From NCBI GenBank assembly GCA_050954745.1, contig JBPBQP010000055.1:470-64469 (forward strand): 64,000 bases of DNA, written 5' to 3'. Position 1 is the first letter of the stretch, and each line of letters starts with the position of its first letter. The position numbers were made by a program, and so were the translations under genes. Origin of the DNA: Janthinobacterium lividum (lineage in GTDB: Bacteria; Acidobacteriota; Terriglobia; Terriglobales; Acidobacteriaceae). Shown here in pieces: positions 17,584 to 26,297 of this stretch. The notes beneath the pieces were generated by a model. The model was given only the letters and a program-made list of their open reading frames with translations, was not told the DNA's origin and did not search any database.

Positions 17584-18030
17584 CTAGAACTTGGCGATCA
17601 GGGTGACACCGCCCACAAGCAGTGCGCCGCCCAGCAACCGCCATGAATTAATAGGGTGCTGATCCATGCGGAACCAGCCGTAATGATCAATCACCAGCGA
17701 GGTAATGAGCGCGGCCGTGACCGTGATGCCCATGAAGGGACCCGCGCCCACCTTGTTGACGAACTTCAGCCCGGCATACACCTGCACCGCGCCGACCAGT
17801 CCACCAACGACTGCCCACCAGGGTAGTTCTGCAATGTGCTTTGCCGTCGGCAGCGGGTGCGGCATGATCAGAAACGCGGCGACAAAGAAGATCGTAATGA
17901 GCAGAAAAGAGACTGCCGAGGCGAGCCAAGGATTGACCAGCGACTTACCCAACTGCCCATTCATGGCAGCCCCGCAGGTCTGCAGCGCGCCACCAAGAAT
18001 AATAAAAGGAATAATCCAGCCTGCATTCAT
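17584..18030 (-). CDS. DMT-superfamily small membrane protein (YdcZ/DUF606-like)
   Basis: 148 aa with 4-5 predicted TM helices. N-terminus IILGGALQTCGAAMNGQLG and C-terminus LLGGALLVGGVTLI resemble YdcZ-type half transporters. It starts 7 nt after the upstream gene. Confidence 0.65.
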   Translation of the reverse strand: MNAGWIIPFIILGGALQTCGAAMNGQLGKSLVNPWLASAVSFLLITIFFVAAFLIMPHPLPTAKHIAELPWWAVVGGLVGAVQVYAGLKFVNKVGAGPFMGITVTAALITSLVIDHYGWFRMDQHPINSWRLLGGALLVGGVTLIAKF

Positions 18031-18037
18031 GTTTGCC

Positions 18038-19318
18038 TCAGTTTGCTTTGAACAGGGTATGCATCAGGATAGTTCCCCCAATGGAGACAAGAAGGGCCGC
18101 AGGCATGGCAATCGCGCCGACGCGGAGAAACTTCCAGAAGCTGACTTCAATCTTTTCCTTGCGCAGCGCCAGCAGCCATAGGATGGTCGCGAGGGAACCG
18201 GTGACGGAGAGGTTCGGCCCAAGGTCGACGCCGATCAGCACGGCATTGGCAATCAGACCCTTGGCATGGGCCGCCTGAAGCGTGCCGCCTGCAATCAATC
18301 CCAGTGGAAGATTGTTGACGATGTTGTTTGCAATGCCGACGACGAACGCGACAACAACGGCACCCACGGCAGGTATAAGGCCTTCCGCCCAATGCAATGC
18401 AGCAACGGTGATCTTAAGGGCGCCCATGCTTTCCACCGCGTCGACCATGACGAACAGGCCTGCAACCAGTGCGAGTGTGCTCCAGCTAATCTCCTTCGCC
18501 AGCTGCAGGGGATTGCTCTTTGCCTTGATAGAAATGACCGCGGTGACTGCCAGGGCGGCGAGGCACGTGGGCAGGCCAAGGTCCTTGCCCATCGCAGAAG
18601 CAATTAACAGGATCGCGATCACGCAGCCAAGACCGGCAAGAACCAGCTTGCCATTGATCTGCAGTTCTTCCGGCTTAACTTCTTCTTCTATCTTGCCCTG
18701 CAGATCTTTGCGAAAGACCATTCGCATGACAAGGTAGGTGGTGACGATGGAGAGGATGGAAGGCAGACCGAACGAGAGCAGCCACTGTCCCAGCGGTGGC
18801 ATGCCCTGGTGGAAGACCACCAGATTGGCAGGATTCGAAATAGGCAAAACAAACGACGCCGCGTTCGCGATCAGGGCACACGCGAAGAGGTGCGGCAATG
18901 GTTCAACCTTTGCCTTGCGTACAGCGGTCAGAATCGCCGGTGTAAGTACAACAGCGGTCGCGTCGTTCGACATAAAGATCGTAGTAAGTGTTCCTATGCC
19001 GTAAACCAGAGTAAACAGCCGCGCAGAGGAACCATTCGCGCCACGAACTGCTATGGACGCAACCCATTCGAAGACGCCGTTCTCGTTGGCCAGTGCAGAA
19101 AGCAGCATCATGCCGATGAGGAACAGGTACACATCTGAACCTTCGGCCACGGCTTTGCCAGCGAGCTTGATCGGGATGAGCCGCAGCACAACCAGCAGCA
19201 CGGCACCGCCGCTGACCCAGTAGACCTCTGGAATGTTGCGGGGGCGTATCAGCATTAGCAGGATGCTTACGCCGACAATCAGCGGCAACAGGATATGCGC
19301 TACTTCAGGGGAGACCAT
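18038..19318 (-). CDS. ArsB/NhaD-superfamily permease (arsenical-pump-membrane-protein-like)
   Basis: 426 aa polytopic. Motifs TIFMSNDATAVVLTPAIL and ANAASFVLPISNPANLVVF are typical of ArsB-type anion permeases. Its ATG directly abuts the stop of the upstream gene. Confidence 0.8.
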   Translation of the reverse strand: MVSPEVAHILLPLIVGVSILLMLIRPRNIPEVYWVSGGAVLLVVLRLIPIKLAGKAVAEGSDVYLFLIGMMLLSALANENGVFEWVASIAVRGANGSSARLFTLVYGIGTLTTIFMSNDATAVVLTPAILTAVRKAKVEPLPHLFACALIANAASFVLPISNPANLVVFHQGMPPLGQWLLSFGLPSILSIVTTYLVMRMVFRKDLQGKIEEEVKPEELQINGKLVLAGLGCVIAILLIASAMGKDLGLPTCLAALAVTAVISIKAKSNPLQLAKEISWSTLALVAGLFVMVDAVESMGALKITVAALHWAEGLIPAVGAVVVAFVVGIANNIVNNLPLGLIAGGTLQAAHAKGLIANAVLIGVDLGPNLSVTGSLATILWLLALRKEKIEVSFWKFLRVGAIAMPAALLVSIGGTILMHTLFKAN

Positions 19319-20479
19319 TTACCACTTCCTTCCATTCTTGTTCGGCCCTAGCTGGGTTGCGAGCAGACCATGCTCTGGCCATGCTTCGAACGCATTTTCC
19401 AGGTCCCGTTCCCTGCGTTCCGGCGCGTTGTAGGCGCTGTCGCCGAGGATGACGCGAATGCAATCTGTCGCTTCGTTGCCCACGTTATCCGTCACCCGAA
19501 CTTCCAGTGCGTAGACGCCATCCGGCAGTGCCTTGTCGCACAGCGACCCCTGCCAAACGGCGCTGTTCGGTATCTGGGTCAGCTTCGCGGAGGCACTTCC
19601 GAGTTTCGCGTGTACCGCCTGCACAGGTTCCTGACTCCACACCTTGGCCCGAACGCACACATCGCTCCCAACCGCCAGGACGGCTGCGTTTGCATCTGTG
19701 ACAAAGCGCTCGTCCGCGGGTGAAGTAATGATGACTGCCGGCAGTTCACCCAGCGGCAGGAACCTCCAGCTGACTACGGGGCCGTCCACATTCGTCACAG
19801 AAAAGCCCACAGGGCCTTCTTCAATCTGCCCGGTAGAGCGTGTGGCCGCGTACAGGGTCCGGCCGTCGTTGGCGACTTCGTTGTAGTGGGTGTGACCCAT
19901 CTCGACAAGGCGTACAGGGTATTGCGCAATGAGCGCGCGCAGCTCTCCGGCGCCCTGTTTTAATTCGGTTGGATAGCAGTGCAACAGTAGAACCGCAGAC
20001 TCATTTTCGGCCAGCGATTTCAGTCCGCTTTCCAGCCAGACAAGTTGTTGCGATAAGACGGTGAACGAACCTGGGTCGGGCAGGTCAAAAGCATTCAGCG
20101 CGAAGAAACGCACCTTACCGACCTGGAACGAGTACTGCAGCCGCGCCGACATAAACTGCTCGAAGTTGAGAAAGCTCTTGGTATGCACGTCATGGTCGCC
20201 CACAATGCAGCACCACGGCACCGTCAGCGCATCAATCGCTTCGCGAACTACCTGGTACTGTGCGGCGCTGCCCTGGTCGGCGACATCGCCGGGCAGAAAG
20301 ACAAAGGAAAGACTCGTCGCAAAGGCTTTGTTGATTTCTTTCACGATGCCGAGCAGGTCAAGGTGATTCTGTTGGCCAGCCGTTGTCATGTGCAGGTCGC
20401 CAATGTGAACCCACGAGATGACGCCGGCGGCATCCGACGCACGTGGTTCAAAGGGTGTAAGTGGTGGCGTTTCAATCAT
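19319..20479 (-). CDS. Calcineurin-like metallophosphoesterase (phosphodiesterase-type) with a C-terminal beta-rich extension
   Basis: ORF 19319..20905 trimmed to ATG 20479 (MIETPP...), which gives an ATGA overlap with the MFS gene stop. Motifs HIGDLH, LPGDVADQG, VGDHD, LLLHCYP and MGHTH. No signal peptide. Confidence 0.8.
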   Translation of the reverse strand: MIETPPLTPFEPRASDAAGVISWVHIGDLHMTTAGQQNHLDLLGIVKEINKAFATSLSFVFLPGDVADQGSAAQYQVVREAIDALTVPWCCIVGDHDVHTKSFLNFEQFMSARLQYSFQVGKVRFFALNAFDLPDPGSFTVLSQQLVWLESGLKSLAENESAVLLLHCYPTELKQGAGELRALIAQYPVRLVEMGHTHYNEVANDGRTLYAATRSTGQIEEGPVGFSVTNVDGPVVSWRFLPLGELPAVIITSPADERFVTDANAAVLAVGSDVCVRAKVWSQEPVQAVHAKLGSASAKLTQIPNSAVWQGSLCDKALPDGVYALEVRVTDNVGNEATDCIRVILGDSAYNAPERRERDLENAFEAWPEHGLLATQLGPNKNGRKW

Positions 20480-21783
20480 GCGGATGCTCCTTCGTGTGCG
20501 GGGTCGTGGTGAAGTGTCTCGGGAATGGCAAACAGCAGCAGTAAGAACGCCACCAGGGCGACCGCACCCAGCGACAGGAAAGAGACGCGAAAGCTGAAGG
20601 CCTGGATCAGCTTGCCGCCAAATGTGGTGCTGAGCGCAGCTCCCAGCGCGATCGCCGTTGCCAGTGCGCCCTGCACCAGATTGAACCGGCCCGTGCCACG
20701 TGTAAGGTCCGCCACGACCAGCACGGCGACCACGCCGAAGATTGCGTTGGCAATGCCGTCGAGCACCTGGATGCCAATCAGCGCGACGCTCCAATGCGTC
20801 AGCGTGTACAGCACCGCACGAAGGGGGAGCACGCCAAACCCGATCAGCAGCAGTGTCTTGCGCCCATGCCGATTGGCCCAGCGACCCACAAAGGCTGCCG
20901 AGCACATAATGATGACCTGCGTGACGATGATGCAGGCGGACATAAAGGGCGCAGCCCCGGTGGCTGACCCGTTCGACAGCAACTCACCCAACTGTGGCAG
21001 CATGGCAGCGTTTGCAAAGTGGAAGAGGAAGGCACACACCAGAAACAGGACCAGCGTCGGGTTCTTGAAGAGGTGCAGAAACGATTCGCCGCCCTTCGCC
21101 TTCCTCTCGGATTGTTCGCCGCCGCGGGCCAGGTCGTAGTCGATCTCGTTGGCTCTGATGGAGAAGACCGAAACTGCCGTGGGGATGGTGAGCACAGCGG
21201 CAATGACAAAGATCGCTCGATTGCCGTAGAAGTGGCTGACGGCAGCAATCACAAGTGCGCAGGCGACATTGCCTGCTGAGTTAAAAGACTGATTGTTGCC
21301 AAACTGCCGGTCAAAGAGTGTCTGACCGACAAGGCCCATGGTGATGGCCGCAAGCGTTGGAGCCAGAAAGGGAGCGGCAGCCCCAACCAGGCTTTGCGCA
21401 AGGTAGACCGCCCACGTGTCGGTGCTGATGGAGAGCAACAGGGCACCACACGCCAGCACCGCGATACCGACCGCGAGGATGGCACGCTTCGCTCGCAGAC
21501 TGTCTACCAGAGCACCTGCGGGCGTTTGCAGCACCACGCTGATCATTCCGCTCAGGGTAAGCGCAAATCCGACGCGCGCCGGATTCCAGCCAGCGGAGGC
21601 AAGGTAGGCAGCCAGAAACGGACCCAGGCCTGTCTGCACGTCCGCAAGGAAAAAGCTCGTCGCTTCCAGGGCGTGGATGCTGTGCTGCTTCTGGTCAGTC
21701 TTCTTTTCTGCTGGCACACTGTTCCTTCCTGCTCTGCCCTGCTGTGTGAAGGCCCGGCGCTCGCTACGCCGGGCCACTAGCAC
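20476..21783 (-). CDS. MFS transporter
   Basis: 435 aa with about 12 hydrophobic segments and MFS-like loop motifs (LVDSLRAKR; GRWANRHGRK). GTG start at 21783; the true start is uncertain. Confidence 0.8.
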   Translation of the reverse strand: MLVARRSERRAFTQQGRAGRNSVPAEKKTDQKQHSIHALEATSFFLADVQTGLGPFLAAYLASAGWNPARVGFALTLSGMISVVLQTPAGALVDSLRAKRAILAVGIAVLACGALLLSISTDTWAVYLAQSLVGAAAPFLAPTLAAITMGLVGQTLFDRQFGNNQSFNSAGNVACALVIAAVSHFYGNRAIFVIAAVLTIPTAVSVFSIRANEIDYDLARGGEQSERKAKGGESFLHLFKNPTLVLFLVCAFLFHFANAAMLPQLGELLSNGSATGAAPFMSACIIVTQVIIMCSAAFVGRWANRHGRKTLLLIGFGVLPLRAVLYTLTHWSVALIGIQVLDGIANAIFGVVAVLVVADLTRGTGRFNLVQGALATAIALGAALSTTFGGKLIQAFSFRVSFLSLGAVALVAFLLLLFAIPETLHHDPAHEGASA

Positions 21784-22325
21784 TAGTTCGTAAGTTGATG
21801 TTGAGTTGCAGCCGCGCTAAGCTGCTTTACACCCCGGGAGGGAACGTGGGCAAGTGCTTCTGCGCCGCGTGCCAGTTCCAGCGCCTTGCGGTAGGCACCT
21901 GCGTCAAAGGCCTTGCGAGCCCGTCCTGTCACGGCTTCATACACCAGTTCGACCATGGCGTGGTGCTCCTCGTCTTTGGACCAGTGTTCCTCAGCCTTGT
22001 CCAGTTTGTGGTCAAACTCCTTTGTTATGGCGTCCAGGAGTTCTCTTTCAATACCGGCATCTTTCTTTGGCGAGCTCAAGGCGCCGAAGCTGAGATGTTC
22101 TGCTGCACGCAGCAGGTCGGCGGCGTCTCTCCCGTGACCAGCGTTGAGCCTCTGCTGGGCGAGTTCCGTTAGCTGCGTGATCTCGGTCGCGGCATGATCG
22201 AGCGATGCATGCAGCACCTCGACACGTCCCAGGTGCTCGTATGCGCGGCGGGTATCCTTGGCCGCGTCTTCCTGCGGAGTGTGTTTGCTGGCGGCTGACT
22301 TTGCTGCTTTTTTGACAGGGGGCAT
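21783..22325 (-). CDS. Hypothetical cytoplasmic helical protein (180 aa)
   Basis: ATG start, Lys-rich N-terminus, charged helical composition. The stop overlaps the MFS start by 1 nt. No family recognised. Confidence 0.55.
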   Translation of the reverse strand: MPPVKKAAKSAASKHTPQEDAAKDTRRAYEHLGRVEVLHASLDHAATEITQLTELAQQRLNAGHGRDAADLLRAAEHLSFGALSSPKKDAGIERELLDAITKEFDHKLDKAEEHWSKDEEHHAMVELVYEAVTGRARKAFDAGAYRKALELARGAEALAHVPSRGVKQLSAAATQHQLTN

Positions 22326-22339
22326 AGGTTTCCTTTCGA

Positions 22340-22368
22340 CCCGTGGCGAGCACCCTGCCCGCCACGGG
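22340..22368 (-). terminator. GC-rich hairpin downstream of the Pro-rich protein gene
   Basis: CCCGTGGCG-N11-CGCCACGGG (9-bp perfect stem) lies 7 nt after the stop at 22375. There is no clear U-tract, so terminator function is tentative. Confidence 0.4.
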
Positions 22369-22374
22369 CGCTGG

Positions 22375-22935
22375 CTAGCGGTTCAAAGGTGCTGGTGCCG
22401 GGGGTGCCTGCGGTCCATCTGCGGGGCTTGGTGGCGGGGTCGGCGAGGCATCTGGAGCGCCGTCCGCGGGTGCAGCGAGCGGCGTCTGGCCTGAGCGGGT
22501 TCCAGTCGGGGGCGGCGGCGGCACCTGTCCCCGCCGGTTATCGTTGGCGCGCAGAGGCCCACCGGCGGCAGGTGGCGGCACCTGTCCTAAGCGGTCACCC
22601 GGTGCCGGTGGCGGGGTGGGGCGTCTGTCTGCATCACGCGGCGGCGCGCCTGGTTCGCCCGGGGCCGGTGGCGACGGCATCAAGCCGGCGTCGGCTGGTC
22701 TGCGATCCGAGCGCCGTGCCTTGCCGTGCCTCCGCTTGGTCGTTGCAGCGGGTGGCGGCATGTCAGGGCCAGCGATCGGCGGGGCGACACCCGGCTGCGG
22801 GTCTACAGGTGCCGACTGCTGCAAAGGCTGGTTTGAGCCAGCGACGCCGGGCTGTGTGGGACCACCAGGTTGAGGGAGTTGAGCAAAGCCTGCGGTAAAG
22901 AACAGGCAAACGGCAGCAGCAGCAAGAACGCGCAT
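22375..22935 (-). CDS. Secreted proline-rich, Arg-rich low-complexity protein
   Basis: ORF 22375..22977 trimmed to ATG 22935 (MRVLAAAAVCLFFTAGFAQ signal peptide; GAGGAA RBS). The mature part is P/G/A/R/D-rich, with a repeated GQVPPP unit and a basic patch KRRHGKARRSDRR. Its own promoter-like and hairpin elements support it being a real gene. Confidence 0.6.
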   Translation of the reverse strand: MRVLAAAAVCLFFTAGFAQLPQPGGPTQPGVAGSNQPLQQSAPVDPQPGVAPPIAGPDMPPPAATTKRRHGKARRSDRRPADAGLMPSPPAPGEPGAPPRDADRRPTPPPAPGDRLGQVPPPAAGGPLRANDNRRGQVPPPPPTGTRSGQTPLAAPADGAPDASPTPPPSPADGPQAPPAPAPLNR

Positions 22936-22960
22936 GAGTGTTTCCTCTGCACGGAGCGAA

Positions 22961-22976
22961 TGCATGCCCGTGACCA
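22961..22976 (-). promoter_or_regulatory. Sigma-54 type (-24/-12) promoter candidate for the Pro-rich protein gene
   Basis: The minus strand reads TGGTCACGGGCATGCA. GG and GC are separated by exactly 10 nt, and the -12 element is TGCA. The GC lies about 27 nt upstream of ATG 22935. The -24 half (TGGTCA vs TGGCAC) is imperfect. Confidence 0.45.
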
Positions 22977-23106
22977 AACTCGCGCTGCAGACTTCATGAA
23001 CAAAATGAACGGTTTAGCCGGTTGCGGCAGACTCGGGTCTTTCGACGTCTGAGGCGAATCATCACAGCCCGTGTGCTGAAAGCGGACAGTTGAAGAAAGG
23101 TCTAAA

Positions 23107-23146
23107 GCCGCTGAACAGCGGCAAGTGGAACAATGGCGGAACAATG
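23107..23146. promoter_or_regulatory. Palindrome plus 11-bp-phased direct repeat in the divergent intergenic region (candidate activator binding sites)
   Basis: GCCGCTG-AA-CAGCGGC (23107-23122, perfect 7-bp arms), then GGAACAATG twice (23127-23135 and 23138-23146). These lie about 130-170 bp upstream of the sigma-54-like element. Confidence 0.3.
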
Positions 23147-23214
23147 CACTTCGAGACCGTTGGTCCTCAACGTGCTGTCTACCAATGCAAAGCCGTTTGA
23201 GGGAGGAGAACGCA

Positions 23215-24807
23215 GTGGATCGAAGTGTCTGGCGAAGTCTCCGCACCCGCATTCTGTTTCTTGCGATCGTTACCTGCGTCTTTTTAGCGGTAGCAGTCAG
23301 CAGCCTTTCCAACTTCATTCGAAGCAGTCACCGGACCACGGTCAGTGAAGCGGGTCGGCACCTTTCCCTGGTGGCGACGGACCTTGCGCGTGCTTATTCT
23401 AGCCAGGCAGCGTCGGGTTTTTCGCTTCGGAACATCACCCGGCCGGCCAGGCCGCATGGGCCACCACCGCCGCCGGATGAGACGGGAAAGGCACCGGGTC
23501 CCCCACCTCCACCGTCGGCCGATCCACTCTCGCGTTTGACAGCCGGTGTGCTGCGAGGACAGGAGGGCATCGAGGACGGGTTCCTTGCCGGCGATGGTCC
23601 TCTGGTTGGTTACGCCTTCCCGACCCACGAGGGGCCAGGTGCCCAAAAAGAGATGCCGCAGCGCGAGCGGCCCACCATCGATGACCTTGCACACAAGGCG
23701 GAACAGACCGGGTCCAGACAGAGCTTCACGTTCGAGGGTCCGCATGACGTCGTCATGTTCATCGCCGAACCAGTCCGCGAATCCGTTGGCGGCACGCAGC
23801 AGGTTACGGGCGCAGCATGGCTGATGCAACGGCTGCCCGAGATCAATCGCGGCCGGAGCCAGCAACTGTTGTTTGTAAGCCTAGGCTTTGGCGCAGCTGC
23901 GCTCATGACAGGGTTTCTTGCCTGGTTCGTTACCGTGGAGGTGAGTGGCGGCGTGAGCACCGTAACCAACCGTCTGGCTGCCCTGGAGGGCGACCTTGCC
24001 CGACCTGCGGGTGTGGCGAACCGGCCGCAGCTTGCAGAGTTCGAGCGGATCCTGACCGGCATCAACGCCATGGCGTCGTCATTGCAAGAGCAGATATTGA
24101 CCCAGCAAAACCTGCAGGAGCAGCTGCGCCATCGCGAGCGACTGTCAGCGTTGGGTCAGTTCGCCGCTGGTGTCGCACACGAACTGCGCAATCCACTGGC
24201 GACTATCCGCCTGCGCGCGCAGATGTCGCAGCACGCACCGAACCAAGAGACGCTGGCGCGGAACAGCGGCGTAATTTTGGAGGAGGTGGATCGCCTGGAC
24301 GCCATGATCGGCAGGCTGCTTTACTTCGCCCGCCCTATCTCGCTGGACCTGCAGCGGCTGAACGTCGCAGAGCTTTGCTCGGATGTCATTCGTTCCTGGC
24401 AGGCCCGTTCTCCTGATTCCATCCGGTTGCGGTGTGACTCTGCAGGACGCATCGAGGTGTTGGCTGACCGCAGTCGCTTGTTACAGGTGCTGGATAACCT
24501 GGTCGAAAATGCCATCCAGGCGACCCGCGGTGCGCCAGGTGAGGTGGTTTTGCGTGCAACAGAACATCTGAACAGGGTACGGATTGAGGTGCTCGATCAG
24601 GGTCCCGGGTTTTCGCCAGAGGCGCTGAAGCACGCGTTCGACCCGTTCTACACCACCAAGGAGACCGGTACGGGGCTTGGACTGTCGATTGCGTTTGAGC
24701 TGGTGGAGGCGCACGGTGGAACGCTTCTGGCGGCGTCTCGGCCAGGGGGTGGCGCCACCGTTTCAGTCACCCTGCCGCAGCAGGGTCCCACCAAGGAAAA
24801 GGAATGA
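23215..24807 (+). CDS. Sensor histidine kinase (2 TM, periplasmic domain, HAMP, HisKA, HATPase_c)
   Basis: ORF 23125..24807 trimmed to GTG 23215 (GGGAGGAG upstream). H-box FAAGVAHELRNPLATI, N-box LLQVLDNLVENAIQA, G-boxes LDQGPGF and GTGLGLSIA. The periplasmic segment contains two PPPPP tracts. Confidence 0.9.
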   Translation: MDRSVWRSLRTRILFLAIVTCVFLAVAVSSLSNFIRSSHRTTVSEAGRHLSLVATDLARAYSSQAASGFSLRNITRPARPHGPPPPPDETGKAPGPPPPPSADPLSRLTAGVLRGQEGIEDGFLAGDGPLVGYAFPTHEGPGAQKEMPQRERPTIDDLAHKAEQTGSRQSFTFEGPHDVVMFIAEPVRESVGGTQQVTGAAWLMQRLPEINRGRSQQLLFVSLGFGAAALMTGFLAWFVTVEVSGGVSTVTNRLAALEGDLARPAGVANRPQLAEFERILTGINAMASSLQEQILTQQNLQEQLRHRERLSALGQFAAGVAHELRNPLATIRLRAQMSQHAPNQETLARNSGVILEEVDRLDAMIGRLLYFARPISLDLQRLNVAELCSDVIRSWQARSPDSIRLRCDSAGRIEVLADRSRLLQVLDNLVENAIQATRGAPGEVVLRATEHLNRVRIEVLDQGPGFSPEALKHAFDPFYTTKETGTGLGLSIAFELVEAHGGTLLAASRPGGGATVSVTLPQQGPTKEKE

Positions 24808-26221
24808 TGACAGGGAAGGGCAGGCTGCTGGTCGTCGACGACGATCGCAATTTTCGCGAGACACTTTGTGAACTGCTGGAGAGCAACGGCTACGCCGTGC
24901 GGTCTGCAGCGAACGGCAGGGAAGCACTGGCGCTGCTGCAGGTTGCCGATTCGGACCTGGCACTGTGCGACTGGAAGATGCCTGACATTGGTGGGGAACA
25001 ATTTCTGAAAGCGCTTGCGTCCGGCGGCACACTGACGACGATGCCGGTGCTGATCATGACTGCGTACGGCAGCGGTCCGAACGCACTGCAAGCCATGCAA
25101 TTGGGTGCGTACGACTTTGTTACCAAGCCGCTCGAAATGGGCAAGGTACTTGCGACGGTAAGCCGCGCACTGCACCACCAGGAACTGCAGCGCGAGGTAG
25201 ATGAGCTGCGCAGGCAACGCTTTCACGAGGCTGATCCAGAGTTGGCCGTGCTGCTGGAGAGGGTGCGCTCGCCCCTGCGAATGGTCGGCAGTTCGCCAGC
25301 GTGGATCGAGATCTTCAAGAACATCGGCAAGGTCGCGCGGACCGATGTGGGCGTCCTGATCCTTGGTGAGTCCGGGACCGGTAAGGAGATGGTTGCCCGC
25401 GCGATTCACGAGAACAGCAGCCGCAGCCGCAGCCTTTTATCATCATCAACTGCGCCGCGCTGCCCGCAGACCTGCTTGAATCTGAGCTGTTTGGACATGA
25501 GCGTGGGTCTTTCACCAGCGCCGTCACCCAGAAGATCGGTAAGTTCGAAGCGGCCCAGGGCGGCACTGTTTTTCTGGATGAGATTGGCGAACTGCCGCTG
25601 GCCCTGCAACCCAAACTGCTGCGCGTCTTGCAGGAACACACCTTTGAACGAGTGGGCGCGACCACACCCATGCATGCGGATGTTCGCATGGTGGCAGCAA
25701 CCAATCGCCTGCTGGATCGCGAAGTGGAAGGAAAGAACTTTCGTGCCGATCTGTATTACCGCCTGAATGCTTATTCGCTGCGTCTGCCACCGCTGCGCGA
25801 ACGCTCGTCCGACATTCTGCCGCTGGCCGAATACTTTCTGGAGCAGTACGCGCTACGGAACGGAACTGCGGTGCAGGGCCTGACGGAAGCAGCCGGTGCG
25901 GCCCTGGCTAAGTACAGCTTCCCCGGCAACGTACGGGAACTGGAGCACCTGGTCGATCGCGCCGCCATCCAGGCAGGTGGCCGCGCCATTACGGTGGAAG
26001 AGGTGGAAGCGCAGCTCGCCAAACCTGCCGTGGCGTCGCCAGAAATGTCACTGGAGGCCTTGCTGGCGCTACCGTTCCATGACGCCATCGCTCTGCTGGA
26101 AAAGGCTCTGCTTGAAAATGCATTGCATCGGTCAGGCGAGAACAAGTCAGAGGCGGCCCGCCGCCTGGGGATCCATCGCCGCCTGCTGTACGAAAAGCTG
26201 CAGCAGTATCAACTGTCTTGA
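24804..26221 (+). pseudogene. NtrC-family sigma-54-dependent response regulator, interrupted by a 1-nt frameshift near 25431-25433
   Basis: ORF 24804..25766 encodes the receiver domain plus Walker A (GESGTGKE) and loses sense after [11 protein letters not shown]. The -1 frame continues [28 protein letters not shown]...GAFTGA-type AAA+ core, then RELEHLV and a C-terminal HTH, to 26221. The tracked ORF 25628..26221 is its tail. Confidence 0.85.
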
Positions 26222-26297
26222 AGGTGCCGAACTTAGCCGCAGCATTGGCTGGCAAAAACTTTGTGGGAGTATTGCCAGCCATTGCCGCTGAGTGGCT

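Noticed and set aside
20480-20905. 142-codon N-terminal extension of the metallophosphoesterase ORF
   Set aside because: It overlaps the 3' part of the MFS gene in another frame. The conserved phosphoesterase motif I (HIGDLH) lies shortly after ATG 20479, which also gives a typical ATGA stop/start overlap.
22389-22898. Plus-strand ORFs (169 aa and 109 aa) opposite the proline-rich gene
   Set aside because: They are Arg/Gly/Ala-rich with no signal peptide, RBS or motif. The minus-strand ORF has a good signal peptide, an RBS, a promoter-like element and a downstream hairpin. Both remain low-complexity, so the minus-strand call is only moderate confidence.
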